Below, one piece after another: positions 1 through 9,870 of a DNA stretch of 64,000 nucleotides (position 1 is its first letter; the number at the start of each line of letters is the position of its first letter). The stretch spans positions 131,366 through 195,365 of the forward strand of contig CAWHQP010000003.1 of assembly GCA_963831535.1 (NCBI GenBank), written 5' to 3'. Made by a program: the position numbers and the translations under genes. Under the pieces are notes generated by a model. It was not told the origin of the DNA. It searched no databases and saw only the letters and a list, made by a program, of their open reading frames with translations. Source of the DNA: an uncultured Acidimicrobiaceae bacterium (GTDB taxonomy: Bacteria; Actinomycetota; Acidimicrobiia; Acidimicrobiales; RAAP-2).

Positions 1-571
1 ACCGCTGTTTGTCGTCATAGACCAGGGTGACCGAGACCGTGTCGACCTCGGCCAGCCCGCCGGCCATGGCCGACAGCGCGATGCGGGCGGCTCCGGTCCG
101 CAGTGGCTGGAGGGCCGGTTCGTCGTGGCTGATGCCCTCGGGGAAGATGGCCACCAATCCACCCGTCTCCAAGAGACGGTGGCATCGGGCGAAGGCCCGG
201 TGGTTGCCCACCTCGGAGCCACCGTCCTGGGCCCGGTAGACGGGCACCACGCCGCCCACCTGAAGGAAGGGCCAGAGCAGGGGATTGCGAAAGAGGGTCG
301 ATTTGCCGAGGAACCGGGGATACCGGTCCAGGGCCGCCATCAACAAGAGGCCGTCGACCAGCCCGTTTCGGTGGTCGGCCACCAGCACCGTGGGCCGACC
401 CGACCCGAGGCGTTCCCCGTGTTCGACCTCCACGCCGGAGAAGAAGACCCGGATCAGCAGCCGGGCCAGACCGGACATGATCCGATCGCCGACGGCCCGA
501 ACCGCACACCGGGCGCGCACCCGCACCCGGCGGGGGCGAGCCCGGACCGGCGGACACGTGGTGGTCGACAT
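1..571 (-). CDS. PlsC-family acyltransferase (lysophospholipid / glycerol-phosphate acyltransferase-like); the C-terminus runs off the window start
   Basis: Absent from the ORF track because there is no stop codon inside the window. My own reverse-strand translation from ATG at 571 gives MSTTTCPP...PTVLVADHRNGLVDGLLLMAALDRYPRFLGKSTLFRNPLLWPF...GGLVAIFPEGISHDEPALQPLRTGAARIAL. This contains the acyltransferase His/Asp block (DHRNGLVD) and the FPEG block. An alternative start is ATG at 478 (MSGLARLL). ORFs 15..557(-) and 125..691(+) are off-frame shadows. Confidence 0.7.
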   Translation of the reverse strand, partial: MSTTTCPPVRARPRRVRVRARCAVRAVGDRIMSGLARLLIRVFFSGVEVEHGERLGSGRPTVLVADHRNGLVDGLLLMAALDRYPRFLGKSTLFRNPLLWPFLQVGGVVPVYRAQDGGSEVGNHRAFARCHRLLETGGLVAIFPEGISHDEPALQPLRTGAARIALSAMAGGLAEVDTVSVTLVYDDKQR

Positions 572-650
572 CACACCTGGTCTTCGTGGCCGATCGGCTT
601 CCGGTTGACCGAGCGGGCAGTGGGGACCCAGAAGGGCCGAGACGAACGCC

Positions 651-2020
651 TCAGATGCGCTCGAAGTTGCGGGCCAACTCCCAGTCGGTGACCACCCGGT
701 TGGCCGTGGCCCACTCCTGTCGGGCCGTGTTCAGCAGATGGTGGTGCACTTCGGGCCCGAAGGCCTCTGCGGCCACCTCGCTCTCGGCCAGATGGTCGAT
801 CGGCCTCGCTCAGCGTGGTGGGGATGCGAGCAAGGCCCGGTGTGTTGTAGGCGTTCCCCTCGAAGGCCGGAGCCAGCTCGAGCTCGTGCTCGATGCCCCA
901 CAGACCGCCGGCGATGGCCGCGGCCAGGGCCAGGTACGGATTCACGTCGGCCCCGGGGATCCGGCTCTCCACCCGGCGCCCGGCGCCGTGACCCACGGCC
1001 CGGAACCCGCAGGTGCGGTTGTCCTCACCCCACACCATGGCCGTCGGTGCCCACGAGTCGGGGACGTACCGCCGGTAGGAGTTCACATAGGGGGCGAAGC
1101 ACCAGGCCAACTGGTCGGCGGCATGGAGTTGGCCGGCGACGAACTGGGCACCGATGGCCGAGAAGCCGGTGGGCGCATCCTCGCCCTCGGCCGGTGCCAT
1201 GAGCGGGGTGCCGTGCTCGGCGTCCCACAGGCTGGTGTGGAAGTGGCACGAGGAACCGGCGGTGTCCATGGACCACTTGGCCATGAAGGTGGCGGCCCGA
1301 CCGTATCCCGAGGCGATCTCCTTGACCCCGTTCTTGAACACCAGGTGCCGGTCGGCCACCTCAAGGGCGCTTCCGTAGGTGATGTTGATCTCATGCTGGC
1401 CGATGCCCGCCTCCCCCTTCGAGAACTCGATGGGGATACCCGCCTCCACCATCTGGTTGCGGATCTTGCCGATGATGTACTCCTCACGGGACGTCTGCAG
1501 CAGCTGGTAGTCCTCGATGGTGTCGGCATGGGGAGCCAGGCCCTGCCAGTGCTTCTGCGCCGCCTCGGCGAAGGAGTCGAGGAAGAGGTAGAACTCGAGC
1601 TCGGTGGCGCACTTGACCTCCAGGCCGTGTTCCGCCGCCCGCTCGATCTGTCGGCGCAGGATCCGGCGGGGCGAGACCTCGACGGGCTCGACCGTCCAGG
1701 GTCAAGAGGTCGCAGAGGACGAGGGCACTGCCCGGCAGCCAGGGCAGGGGCCGGACGGTCCGGGGGTCGATGACCGCGTGGAGGTCGCCGTAGCCGGTCT
1801 CCCAGTTGGCGAACCGGTAGCCCGGCAGGGGTTCCATGTCCACATCGCAGGCCATGAGGTAGTCGCACACCTCGATCCCGTGGTCGACCACGTGGTCGAG
1901 GAAGAACGAACCGGTGACCCGCTTGCCCACCGGTCGGCCCTGCAGGTCGGGGAAGGCGACCACCACCGTGTCGACTTCACCCGAACGGATCTGATGCGGC
2001 AGTGTCTCGAGGGTCAGCAT
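651..2020 (-). pseudogene. Glutamine synthetase-family enzyme (gamma-glutamyl-polyamine synthetase / PuuA- or GlnA3-like); frame broken about twice
   Basis: The N-terminus MLTLETLPHQIRSGEVDTVVVAFPDLQGRPVGKRV... lies in the tail of ORF 1484..2659(-). The middle part EPVEVSPRRILRRQIERAAEHGLEVKCATELEFYLF...MVEAGIPIEFSKGEAGIGQHEINITY...NSYRRYVPDSWAP...RIPGADVNPYLA is ORF 571..1452(-) plus its unlisted upstream extension. The C-terminus LSEAIDHLAESEVAAEAFGPEVHHHLLNTARQEWATANRVVTDWELARNFERI* is in a third frame ending at TGA 651-653. Frame switches are near 1695 and 800. The 1370-nt span is not divisible by 3. Confidence 0.8.
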
Positions 2021-2058
2021 GGAAGCACTTTGGTCCAGCCCGGCGTCGCCGTCCAGCG

Positions 2059-2837
<779 letters not shown>

Positions 2838-3002
2838 CTCGGCCTCCCTGATCTCTCGCCCGGGTCCTCCCGCGGGCTCCGGACCCGGTCCGGCCCCAGC
2901 CCGGTCCCGCTCACGGCATGAACGAGTGAGGTCCTCGGTCGCGCCCGGGACCGGTGCACGGTCCGCACCTTATCGGTGCGCCACATCTGCGGTGGAATAC
3001 TG

Positions 3003-3779
3003 ATGGCCGTGCCAGCGTCCGGTCCCCGCCCGCTCATCGGGGTCACCACGTACCGCCAGACCACCTCGTGGTGGGCGTGGGAGCGCGATGCTGCGCTGGT
3101 GCCCGGCTCCTACCTCGACATGGTCGAGACGGCCGGGGGCGAGGCCCTCCTGATCCCGCCGCCGGGGGACGAGGCCGGACCGGCGCGACCTCGATCGCTG
3201 CGACCACCTGGCCTGGCGGCCCTCGACGGTCTGGTGCTCATCGGTGGCGGGGACATCGATCCTGCCCGCTACGGCGGCGACGCCGGATCCCCGGAACGGT
3301 GGCACCAACCGCCGGCGCGACGATCTGGAACTGGGGTTGCTGGCCGCGGCTCTGGCCGTCGATCTCCCGGTCCTGGCCGTGTGCCGGGGCATGCAGGTCC
3401 TCAATGTGGGACTCGGTGGCGATCTGGTCCAGCAACTGCCCGACCGACTGGGTTCGACGCGGCACCAACCCCGTCCCGGTGCCTTCGGCTCGGTGGCCGT
3501 GCTCACCGAGGAGTCCGAGCGCGGTGAGGGCGCTGCTCGGTCCGCGGACCGAAGTCCTGTGCAGTCACCACCAGGCTGTCGACCGGCTGGGCCGTGGCCT
3601 CACGGTGACGGCCCGCAGCGAGGACGGTGTGGTCGAGGCCGTCGAGCTACCGGAGCACCGGTTCGTGGTCGGCGTGCAGTGGCATCCCGAGGAGACCGGA
3701 GACAGCCGGTTGTTCGAGGCACTGGTGGCCGCCGCCGCCGACCGCGTCGCCGGAGTCGCACCCCAAGGAGCCTGCATGA
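3003..3779 (+). pseudogene. Gamma-glutamyl-GABA hydrolase-like class I glutamine amidotransferase (PuuD / peptidase C26 family); frameshifted
   Basis: Three fragments make up the gene. ORF 2976..3527 gives MAVPASGPRPLIGVTTYRQTTSWWAWERDAALVPGSYLDMVETAGG...LDGLVLIGGGDIDPARYGG. ORF 3244..5178 (5' part) gives NGGTNRRRDDLELGLLAAALAVDLPVLAVCRGMQVLNVGLGGDLVQ, which carries the nucleophile Cys in CRGMQ. ORF 2954..3988 gives LCSHHQAVDRLGRGLTVTARSEDGVVEAVELPEHRFVVGVQWHPE. Breaks are near 3285, 3520 and probably 3740. The likely stop, TGA 3777-3779, overlaps the next ATG as ATGA. Confidence 0.75.
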
Positions 3780-5170
3780 GCGATACGCACCATCGTGGTC
3801 AACCCGGCCACCGAAGAGGCCATCGCCGAGGTGCCGATCAGCGGTGTCGACGAGACCGACGACGCGGTGGCCCGATCGCTGGCCGCGGGGCCGGCGTGGC
3901 GGCAGCGTCGCCCCAGCCGACCGTGCCCGACTGCTTCGCCGGTTCGCGGCCCAGGTGGAGGAGCACGGGGAGGAGTTGGCCCAGCTAGAGACGGCCAACG
4001 TGGGCAAGGCCATCGCCGACAGTCGGGACGAGGTGGGCATGGTGGCCGAGGTGCTCTACTTCTACGCCGGAGCGGTGGACAAGCACCGCGGGGACACCGT
4101 GCCCGTGGCCGGTGGTGTGGACCTCACCTTCCACGAACCGCTGGGGGTGGTGGCGGCCATCGTCCCGTGGAACTTCCCTATCGCCATCGCCTCGTGGAAG
4201 ATCGGGCCGGCCCTCGCCACCGGCAATACCATCGTGGTGAAGCCGGCCGAGATCACGCCGCTCACCGCCCTCCGACTGGCCGAGCTGGCCCTCGACGCCG
4301 GACTACCCGAGGGCGTCCTGCAGGTGGTGGCGGGCAAGGGGTCCGTCGTAGGCACCCGGCTCGTGGAGCACCCCGACGTGGCCAAGGTGGCCTTCACCGG
4401 ATCGACCGAGGTGGGCCGGGACGTGATGAGCCGCGCCTCGGGCACGATCAAGCGGGTCACCTTGGAGCTGGGCGGCAAGTCGGCCTCGGTGGTCTTCGCC
4501 GACGCCGACCTCGAACGGGCGGCCTCAGCCACGCCCGGAGGCGTCTTCGCCAACGCCGGGCAGGACTGCTGTGCACGGAGCCGGGTGCTGGTGCAGCGCT
4601 CGGTCCTCGACCGGTTCCTCGGGCTGCTGGTCGACGCGGTGGCCCTGTGGCGGGTCGGGGATCCCACCGATCCGGACGTCCAGATGGGCCCACTGGTCAC
4701 GGCGGCCCAGCGGTCTAGCGTCGCGGGGTACCTGGGACCGGGCATGGGCGAGTCGGGCGGTGGGCCGGTGGAGGCCTTCACCGCCGGCGCCGTTCCCGAC
4801 GGACCCGGGTTCTGGTTCCCCCCCACGGTGGTGGCCCCGGCCGACCCCGGATGGCGCATGGCCCGTGAGGAGATCTTCGGTCCGGTGGTGGCCGTGATCC
4901 CCTTCGAGGACGAGGAGGATGCTGTGCGTCTGGCCAACGACACGCCCTACGGACTGTCGGGCTCCATCTGGACGGGCGACGGGGCCCGAGCGCTCCGCAT
5001 GGCCCGGGCGGTCCAGTCCGGGCAACCTCTCGGTCAACTCGCACAGTTCAGTGCGTGTGCAGACCAGCTTCGGTGGCATGAAGCAATCGGGGTTCGGTCG
5101 CGAGCTGGGCCTCGAGGCTCTGGCCTCCTACAGCGATGTGAAGAACGTGTTCATCTCGACGGATGGTTGA
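3776..5170 (+). pseudogene. NAD(P)-dependent aldehyde dehydrogenase (PuuC-like gamma-glutamyl-aminobutyraldehyde dehydrogenase candidate); frameshifted
   Basis: ATG 3776 is preceded by a canonical AAGGAG Shine-Dalgarno sequence 6 nt upstream. The fragments are ORF 3795..4718 (VNPATEEAIAEVPISGVDETDDAV) and ORF 3244..5178 (VAPADRARLLRRFAAQVEEHGEELAQLETANVGKAI...VPWNFPIAI...FTGSTEVG...LELGGKSA...GQDCCARSR...EEIFGPV), followed by ORF 4919..5170 (NLSVNSHSSVRVQTSFGGMKQSGFGRELG...FISTDG*). Breaks are near 3790, 3903 and 5019. The last looks like one extra G in a GGG run. Confidence 0.85.
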
Positions 5171-5281
5171 CGTCGTGATGCGGCCGCCGCCACCGGGAAG
5201 GGTCGGCCGCCGAGTGCTGCGCCGTGTCGACGCGGTGGGCGCCGGGGCGGCGAGCGCCGCGGCCGTCGACCCACCGACGCC

Positions 5282-6524
5282 GTGAGGATCCTGGTCGTCG
5301 CCAAGTTCTTCCCCTGGCCCTCCACCAACGGGGGTCATATTCGGATGGCCACGTCCATCGATGCCCTGAGCGAGCTGGGGGCCGTCGACCTCTTCTCCTT
5401 CTACGACCAGCGCCTCTACCCGCGGGGATCCGAGCCCGAACTGCCGGCCGGCGTGGACGTGGCCAGACTGGCGACGGCGCCCTACCCCCAGATCGGTGCA
5501 CCGATGTCGTGGCGACCAGTCTGGCTGGCACGGGGCGGACTCCCGCTGGAGGTGGTCATGCGTCGTCGGGACCGCGCCCCCCGCTCGACGTTCGAGGCCT
5601 GGGCTCACCCGCACTACGACCTGGCGTGGTTCGCCACCGCGCCGACCTACGAGTGGCTGGGCCGGCCTCACCTCGGAACGACGGTCGTCGACCTCGACGG
5701 GCTCGAGGGCCCGAGGGAGCGGCAACGGGCGCGGATGATGCGGGCGTCACCGGGGCCCCGGGCCCTGGCCAGCACCGTCCGTGGCGCGTCAGCCGTGGCC
5801 CAGGCCCACCTGAACGCGCCGCGACTGGGATGCGTTCGAGCGGTCCGTCGCTGCCGACGTCGACCGGGTGGTGCTGTGCTCCGACGAGGACGTCCGGGGT
5901 TCCGGCCTGGCCAACGCCGTGGCCGTTCCCAATACCTATCCGCAACCGGATCGGCCGGCCGGCGCCGGTCCGGCCGGACACCCCCCGTCGCTGCTCTTTC
6001 AGGGCACGTTCGACTACGGGCCCAATCTGGACGGAGCCGAATGGCTGACGCGGGAGATCGCACCGAGGATTCGCGCGCTGGTCCCGGGCGCGCGGATCAG
6101 GCTGGTCGGTCGGACATCGACCGGTGCGGACCGCCTCCACGCGCCCCCGGACGTCACCGTGGTCGGGCCGGTGCCGACGATGGAGGCGGAGTTGGCCCGG
6201 GCCGACGTGGCCGTGGTGCCACTGCGGTACGGCAGCGGTACCCGCATCAAGATCATCGAGTCGTTCGCCCACCGCGTCCCGGTGGTATCGACCACCGCCG
6301 GCGCCGAGGGTCTCGGCGTACGCGACGGGGTCCAGCTGCTGATCGCCGACGACGCCGATGCCTTCGCTAGAGCATGTCGGCGGCTGCTCGCCGAGCCCGA
6401 CCTCCGCCGGGCCCTCGTCGACGCCGGGGAGGCCTGGTACCAGCAGCGGTTTGAACGGAAGGTGGCGCGGGAGTCGATCCGATCCATCGTCGCCGGGCTG
6501 GTGGATGAACCCCGTTCCCGGTAG
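5282..6524 (+). pseudogene. GT4-family (GT-B fold) glycosyltransferase; one frameshift
   Basis: ORF 5282..6370 gives MRILVVAKFFPWPSTNGGHIRMATSIDALS... up to about 5818. ORF 5868..6524 carries the donor-binding half: LLFQGTFDYGPNLDGAEWL...VVPLRYGSGTRIKIIESFAHRVPVVSTTAGAEGLGV. The junction reads ...HLNARDWDAFERSVAADVDRVVLCS once one base near 5818-5822 is removed. It is a paralogue of the gene at 49522..50759. Confidence 0.75.
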
Positions 6525-6579
6525 TGGGAGGCGGCCGCCCGCTACCGGGTCCGGCGGCGGGGAGCGACACGACGACCGG

Positions 6580-7323
6580 GTGGCCGTGATCACCGGTTCC
6601 AGCCGCGGGCTCGGTGCCGGCCTGGCCGAGGCCATGGCCGCTCGGGGGATCCGTCTGGGGTTGTGCGCCCGATCCCGGCCGACCGCGCCGCCGTCGACCG
6701 AGTCGGTCACCGCCTCGGTCGACGTCACCGACGCCGCCGCTGTGGACCGGTTCACCGACGAGGTGGCGGCCCGGTTCGGACCCATCGATCTGTGGATCAA
6801 CAATGCCGGCCTTCTGGCTCCGATCGGCCCACTGGCCGATGCCGATCCGGAGGAACTCCGTGCCAACATCGAGGTCAACGTGCTGGGCGTCCTGTATGGG
6901 AGTGCCGCCTTCGCCCGCCACGTGCGGACCAGGCCCGGTGGCGGTGTCCTGGTCAATCTCTCGTCCGGCGCGGCCACCCGTCCCTACCTCGGCTGGGCCG
7001 CCTACGGTGGGGCCAAGGCGGCCGTCGACATGATCACCGAGGTGGTGGCCGGGGAGGAACGGACCGCCGGCCTGCGGTGCTACGCCCTCTCGCCGGGGTT
7101 GATCGACACCGACATGCAGGCGCTCATCCGCTCGGCCACGGTGAAGCAGTTCCCGGCCGTGGCCCGCTTCCGTCAGGTCCACGAGGAGGGTGCGTTCAAC
7201 ACACCGGCGTGGGTGGCGCGGTGGATCCTCGAGCGGCTCGTCGACGACGGCCCCTCTCGGGGAGCCGACTGGGGTCCGGGCCCCGAGGCCGGGGTGCGCC
7301 TGCGGGTGCCCGACGAGCACTGA
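6580..7323 (+). CDS. SDR-family oxidoreductase
   Basis: This is the 3' part of ORF 6358..7323. A GTG at 6580 gives MAVITGSSRGLGAGLAEAMAARGIRLGLCAR...WINNAGLLAPIG...YGGAKAAVDMITE. That sequence carries the TGxxxGxG, NNAG and YxxxK motifs. The upstream part of the ORF overlaps the preceding gene and looks non-coding. Confidence 0.8.
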   Translation: MAVITGSSRGLGAGLAEAMAARGIRLGLCARSRPTAPPSTESVTASVDVTDAAAVDRFTDEVAARFGPIDLWINNAGLLAPIGPLADADPEELRANIEVNVLGVLYGSAAFARHVRTRPGGGVLVNLSSGAATRPYLGWAAYGGAKAAVDMITEVVAGEERTAGLRCYALSPGLIDTDMQALIRSATVKQFPAVARFRQVHEEGAFNTPAWVARWILERLVDDGPSRGADWGPGPEAGVRLRVPDEH

Positions 7324-7397
7324 GTCCCGGCCCACGTCGCCGGTCGGGGCCGGAGCCAGTTAGCAGGCGGCGCCACGGGGTGGGGTATTTTCGCGTC

Positions 7398-9644
7398 ATG
7401 GCCACCACCACCGTCTCGTCGTTGGCGCCCGCGGAGCCGAGTCCCGCCGATCACCGGCCCTCTCGTCCGGCCGAGGAGAGCGGATTGGCCCGGATCGCCG
7501 GATGGTGCCACGACCACCGCTGGTGGGTACTGATCCTGTGGCTCGTGGCTCTGGTGGGCAGCAACGTGGTGGCCCAGGCGGCGGGCAGCAACTTCTCCAA
7601 CAACCTCACCGGTGGCGCCCAACCGGTCCAGCAGATCCTCGATCAGGCCTTCCCGGCCCAGAAGGGCAGTCCCGCCCAGGTGGTGATCACCTCCACCGGT
7701 GCCATCAACGCCACATCGGTACAAGAACGGACGGCCAGGATGGTGGCGGCGCTGCGTCCCCTGGCCCATGTGTCCGAGGTGGTCAGCCCGTTCACGGCGG
7801 CCGGGGCCCACCAGATCTCGACGGACGGGCACATCGCCTACGTGCAGCTGAACTTCGACGAGCTGGCCGGGAACCTGCCCCAGGCGTCGATCAACCAGGT
7901 CATCGCCACCGCCCAGTCGTTCGCCGCTCCCGGATACCACGTGGCCCTCGGGGGCCAGGCCATCAGTCTGGTGGCCGGCGGGAAGCCCGGCTCCAGTGAA
8001 GGCATCGGCATCCTGGCCGCCATCATCATCATGCTGCTGGCCTTCGGATCGGTGGTGGCCATGGGCCTGCCCATCATCACCGCGCTGTTCGGGATCGCCA
8101 TCGCCTTTGCCCTGCTCGACCTGCTCTCCCATGTCATCACCACCCCGACCTTCGCCCCGGAGATGATGGCCATGATCGGACTGGGTGTGGGTATCGACTA
8201 CGCCCTGTTCATCGTGACCCGGTACCGCCAGGGGCTGGCCGAAGGCCGTACGCCACGCCAGGCCACCTCGGTGTCGCTGGCGACCTCGGGCCGGTCGGTG
8301 GTGTTCGCCGGTACCACGGTGATCCTCTCCCTCCTCGGCCTGTTCATCCTCCAGCTGCCCTTCATGCGGGGCCTGGCCGTGGGGGCCATCGCCGCCGTGG
8401 TGCTGGTCATGCTGGCCGCCATCACGCTGCTTCCGGCCATGCTCGGCTTCTCCGGCCTGGCCGTCGACAAGCTCCACGTCCCCGGCCTTCTCCAGAGCGC
8501 CGCCGAGCCCTCCCCTCGGGGCTTTTGGTACCGCTGGAGCCGGACCGTCCAACGCCATCCGATCCTCGCCGGCGGTGCTGCCTTGCTGTGCCTGCTGGTG
8601 CTGATCATCCCGTTCTTCTCGATGCGTCTGGCCTTCACCGACGCCGGCAACGACCCCACCACTTCCACCACCCGCCAGGCCTTCGACGCCCTGGCCACCG
8701 GGTTCGGGCCCGGGTTCAACGGGCCGTTGATCGTGGCCGCCTCGGTGCCCGATGGCCAGAAGGTCGCGGTCGACGCCCTCCAGAAGCGGGTGGCCGCCAC
8801 CCCGGGCGTGGTGTTCGCCACCCCCGCCCAGTTCTCCGCTTCGGGCCACGATGCGGTGATCATCGCCTACCCGAGCACCGCCCCCCAGGCGGCCCAGACC
8901 GAGGCGCTCGTCCACACCCTGCGAGACGATGCCCTCCCCGCGGCCACGGCGGGGACCGGGGTGGTGGCCTACGTGGGCGGCGAGACGGCGGGATCGGTCG
9001 ATGCCTCGGCCTACCTGTCGTCCCGGCTGGTGTGGGTCATCGCCGTGGTGCTCCTGTTGGCCTTCCTGCTCTTGATGGCGGTGTTCCGGTCGATTGCCAT
9101 ACCGGTGAAGGCGGTGGTCGTCAACATGCTGTCGGTAGGGGCGGCCTACGGGGTCATCGTGGCCGTGTTCCAGTGGGGCTGGCTTGGCGCCGTGATCGGC
9201 ATCGGCGCCACTGGTCCCATCGACCCCTGGATCCCGCTCATGATGTTCACCATCCTCTTCGGACTCTCCATGGACTATGAGGTCTTCCTGCTCTCGAGAA
9301 TCCGGGAGGAGTGGCGCCGCACGGGGGAAAACTCGAGTGCGGTGGCCGACGGGCTGGCCAAGACGGCACGGGTCATCACGGCCGCCGCCGCCATCATGGT
9401 CTGCGTATTCGGGTCGTTCGTGATCGGCGATCCCCTCCACGTGCTCAAGGTGTTCGGACTGGGCCTGGCCGCGGCCATCTTCATCGACGCCACGCTGGTC
9501 CGCATGGTCCTGGTCCCGTCCATCATGGAGCTCCTGGGCAGGGCCAACTGGTGGATGCCGTCGTGGTTGGACAGGGTCGTCCCCAACCTGGGCGTGGAGG
9601 TCGACGTGGCCCCGGTGGCCACGCCTGGTGGCGCCGCCGGGTAA
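7398..9644 (+). CDS. MMPL-family (RND superfamily) membrane transporter
   Basis: In-frame ATG at 7398 within ORF 6663..9644, giving MATTTVSSLAPAEP...HDHRWWVLILWLVALVGSNVVAQ. Two 6-TM bundles are present. The MMPL hallmark LSMDYEVFLLSRIREEW is present, as is the first-half equivalent GVGIDYALFIVTRYRQ. The 245 codons upstream are Arg/Gly/Pro-rich and overlap the SDR, so I treat them as an ORF-caller extension. Confidence 0.9.
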   Translation: MATTTVSSLAPAEPSPADHRPSRPAEESGLARIAGWCHDHRWWVLILWLVALVGSNVVAQAAGSNFSNNLTGGAQPVQQILDQAFPAQKGSPAQVVITSTGAINATSVQERTARMVAALRPLAHVSEVVSPFTAAGAHQISTDGHIAYVQLNFDELAGNLPQASINQVIATAQSFAAPGYHVALGGQAISLVAGGKPGSSEGIGILAAIIIMLLAFGSVVAMGLPIITALFGIAIAFALLDLLSHVITTPTFAPEMMAMIGLGVGIDYALFIVTRYRQGLAEGRTPRQATSVSLATSGRSVVFAGTTVILSLLGLFILQLPFMRGLAVGAIAAVVLVMLAAITLLPAMLGFSGLAVDKLHVPGLLQSAAEPSPRGFWYRWSRTVQRHPILAGGAALLCLLVLIIPFFSMRLAFTDAGNDPTTSTTRQAFDALATGFGPGFNGPLIVAASVPDGQKVAVDALQKRVAATPGVVFATPAQFSASGHDAVIIAYPSTAPQAAQTEALVHTLRDDALPAATAGTGVVAYVGGETAGSVDASAYLSSRLVWVIAVVLLLAFLLLMAVFRSIAIPVKAVVVNMLSVGAAYGVIVAVFQWGWLGAVIGIGATGPIDPWIPLMMFTILFGLSMDYEVFLLSRIREEWRRTGENSSAVADGLAKTARVITAAAAIMVCVFGSFVIGDPLHVLKVFGLGLAAAIFIDATLVRMVLVPSIMELLGRANWWMPSWLDRVVPNLGVEVDVAPVATPGGAAG

Positions 9645-9654
9645 CGTCGGCGGC

Positions 9655-9774
9655 ATGTCAGAACGTTCTCGCAAGGTTGCGAAACCCGCGGCCGCGCTCG
9701 GGGTGCTCGCCACCATGGCCAGTATCTGGTGGTTCGCCCTCCGGCCCCGGCGCAAGCACAAAGGCGACGCCTAA
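9655..9774 (+). CDS. Possible 39-aa small membrane protein downstream of the MMPL gene
   Basis: My own translation gives ATG 9655 ... TAA 9772-9774 = MSERSRKVAKPAAALGVLATMASIWWFALRPRRKHKGDA. It has one hydrophobic helix flanked by basic residues. It is below the 60-aa ORF-track cutoff and I recognise no homology. Confidence 0.3.
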   Translation: MSERSRKVAKPAAALGVLATMASIWWFALRPRRKHKGDA

Positions 9775-9870
9775 CCCCTCAGGGCCGTCACCGTCCCGGC
9801 CGACCGGTGCCAACCCGGCCCGGTGACTCCTTCGGCGGGGCAGAAATCGGCTGGCCGGTAACCTCGGCTG

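Noticed and set aside
6663-7397. N-terminal extensions offered by the ORF track (6663-7397 for MMPL, and likewise 16162-16323 for ligA, 11021-11197 for the ligase, 22722-23021 for the MFS, 41266-41475 for the dehydrogenase and 61584-61862 for sulfotransferase no. 3)
   Set aside because: The extensions overlap the preceding gene or a divergent promoter. They are Arg/Pro/Gly-rich and precede a plausible internal start, often with an SD or a stop-start overlap.
7173-9761. 862-aa ORF on the minus strand covering the whole MMPL gene
   Set aside because: It is antisense to a gene with unmistakable MMPL motifs. Its translation is dominated by His/Gly/Arg/Asp/Pro runs with no recognisable domain. 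This is a classic high-GC shadow ORF.
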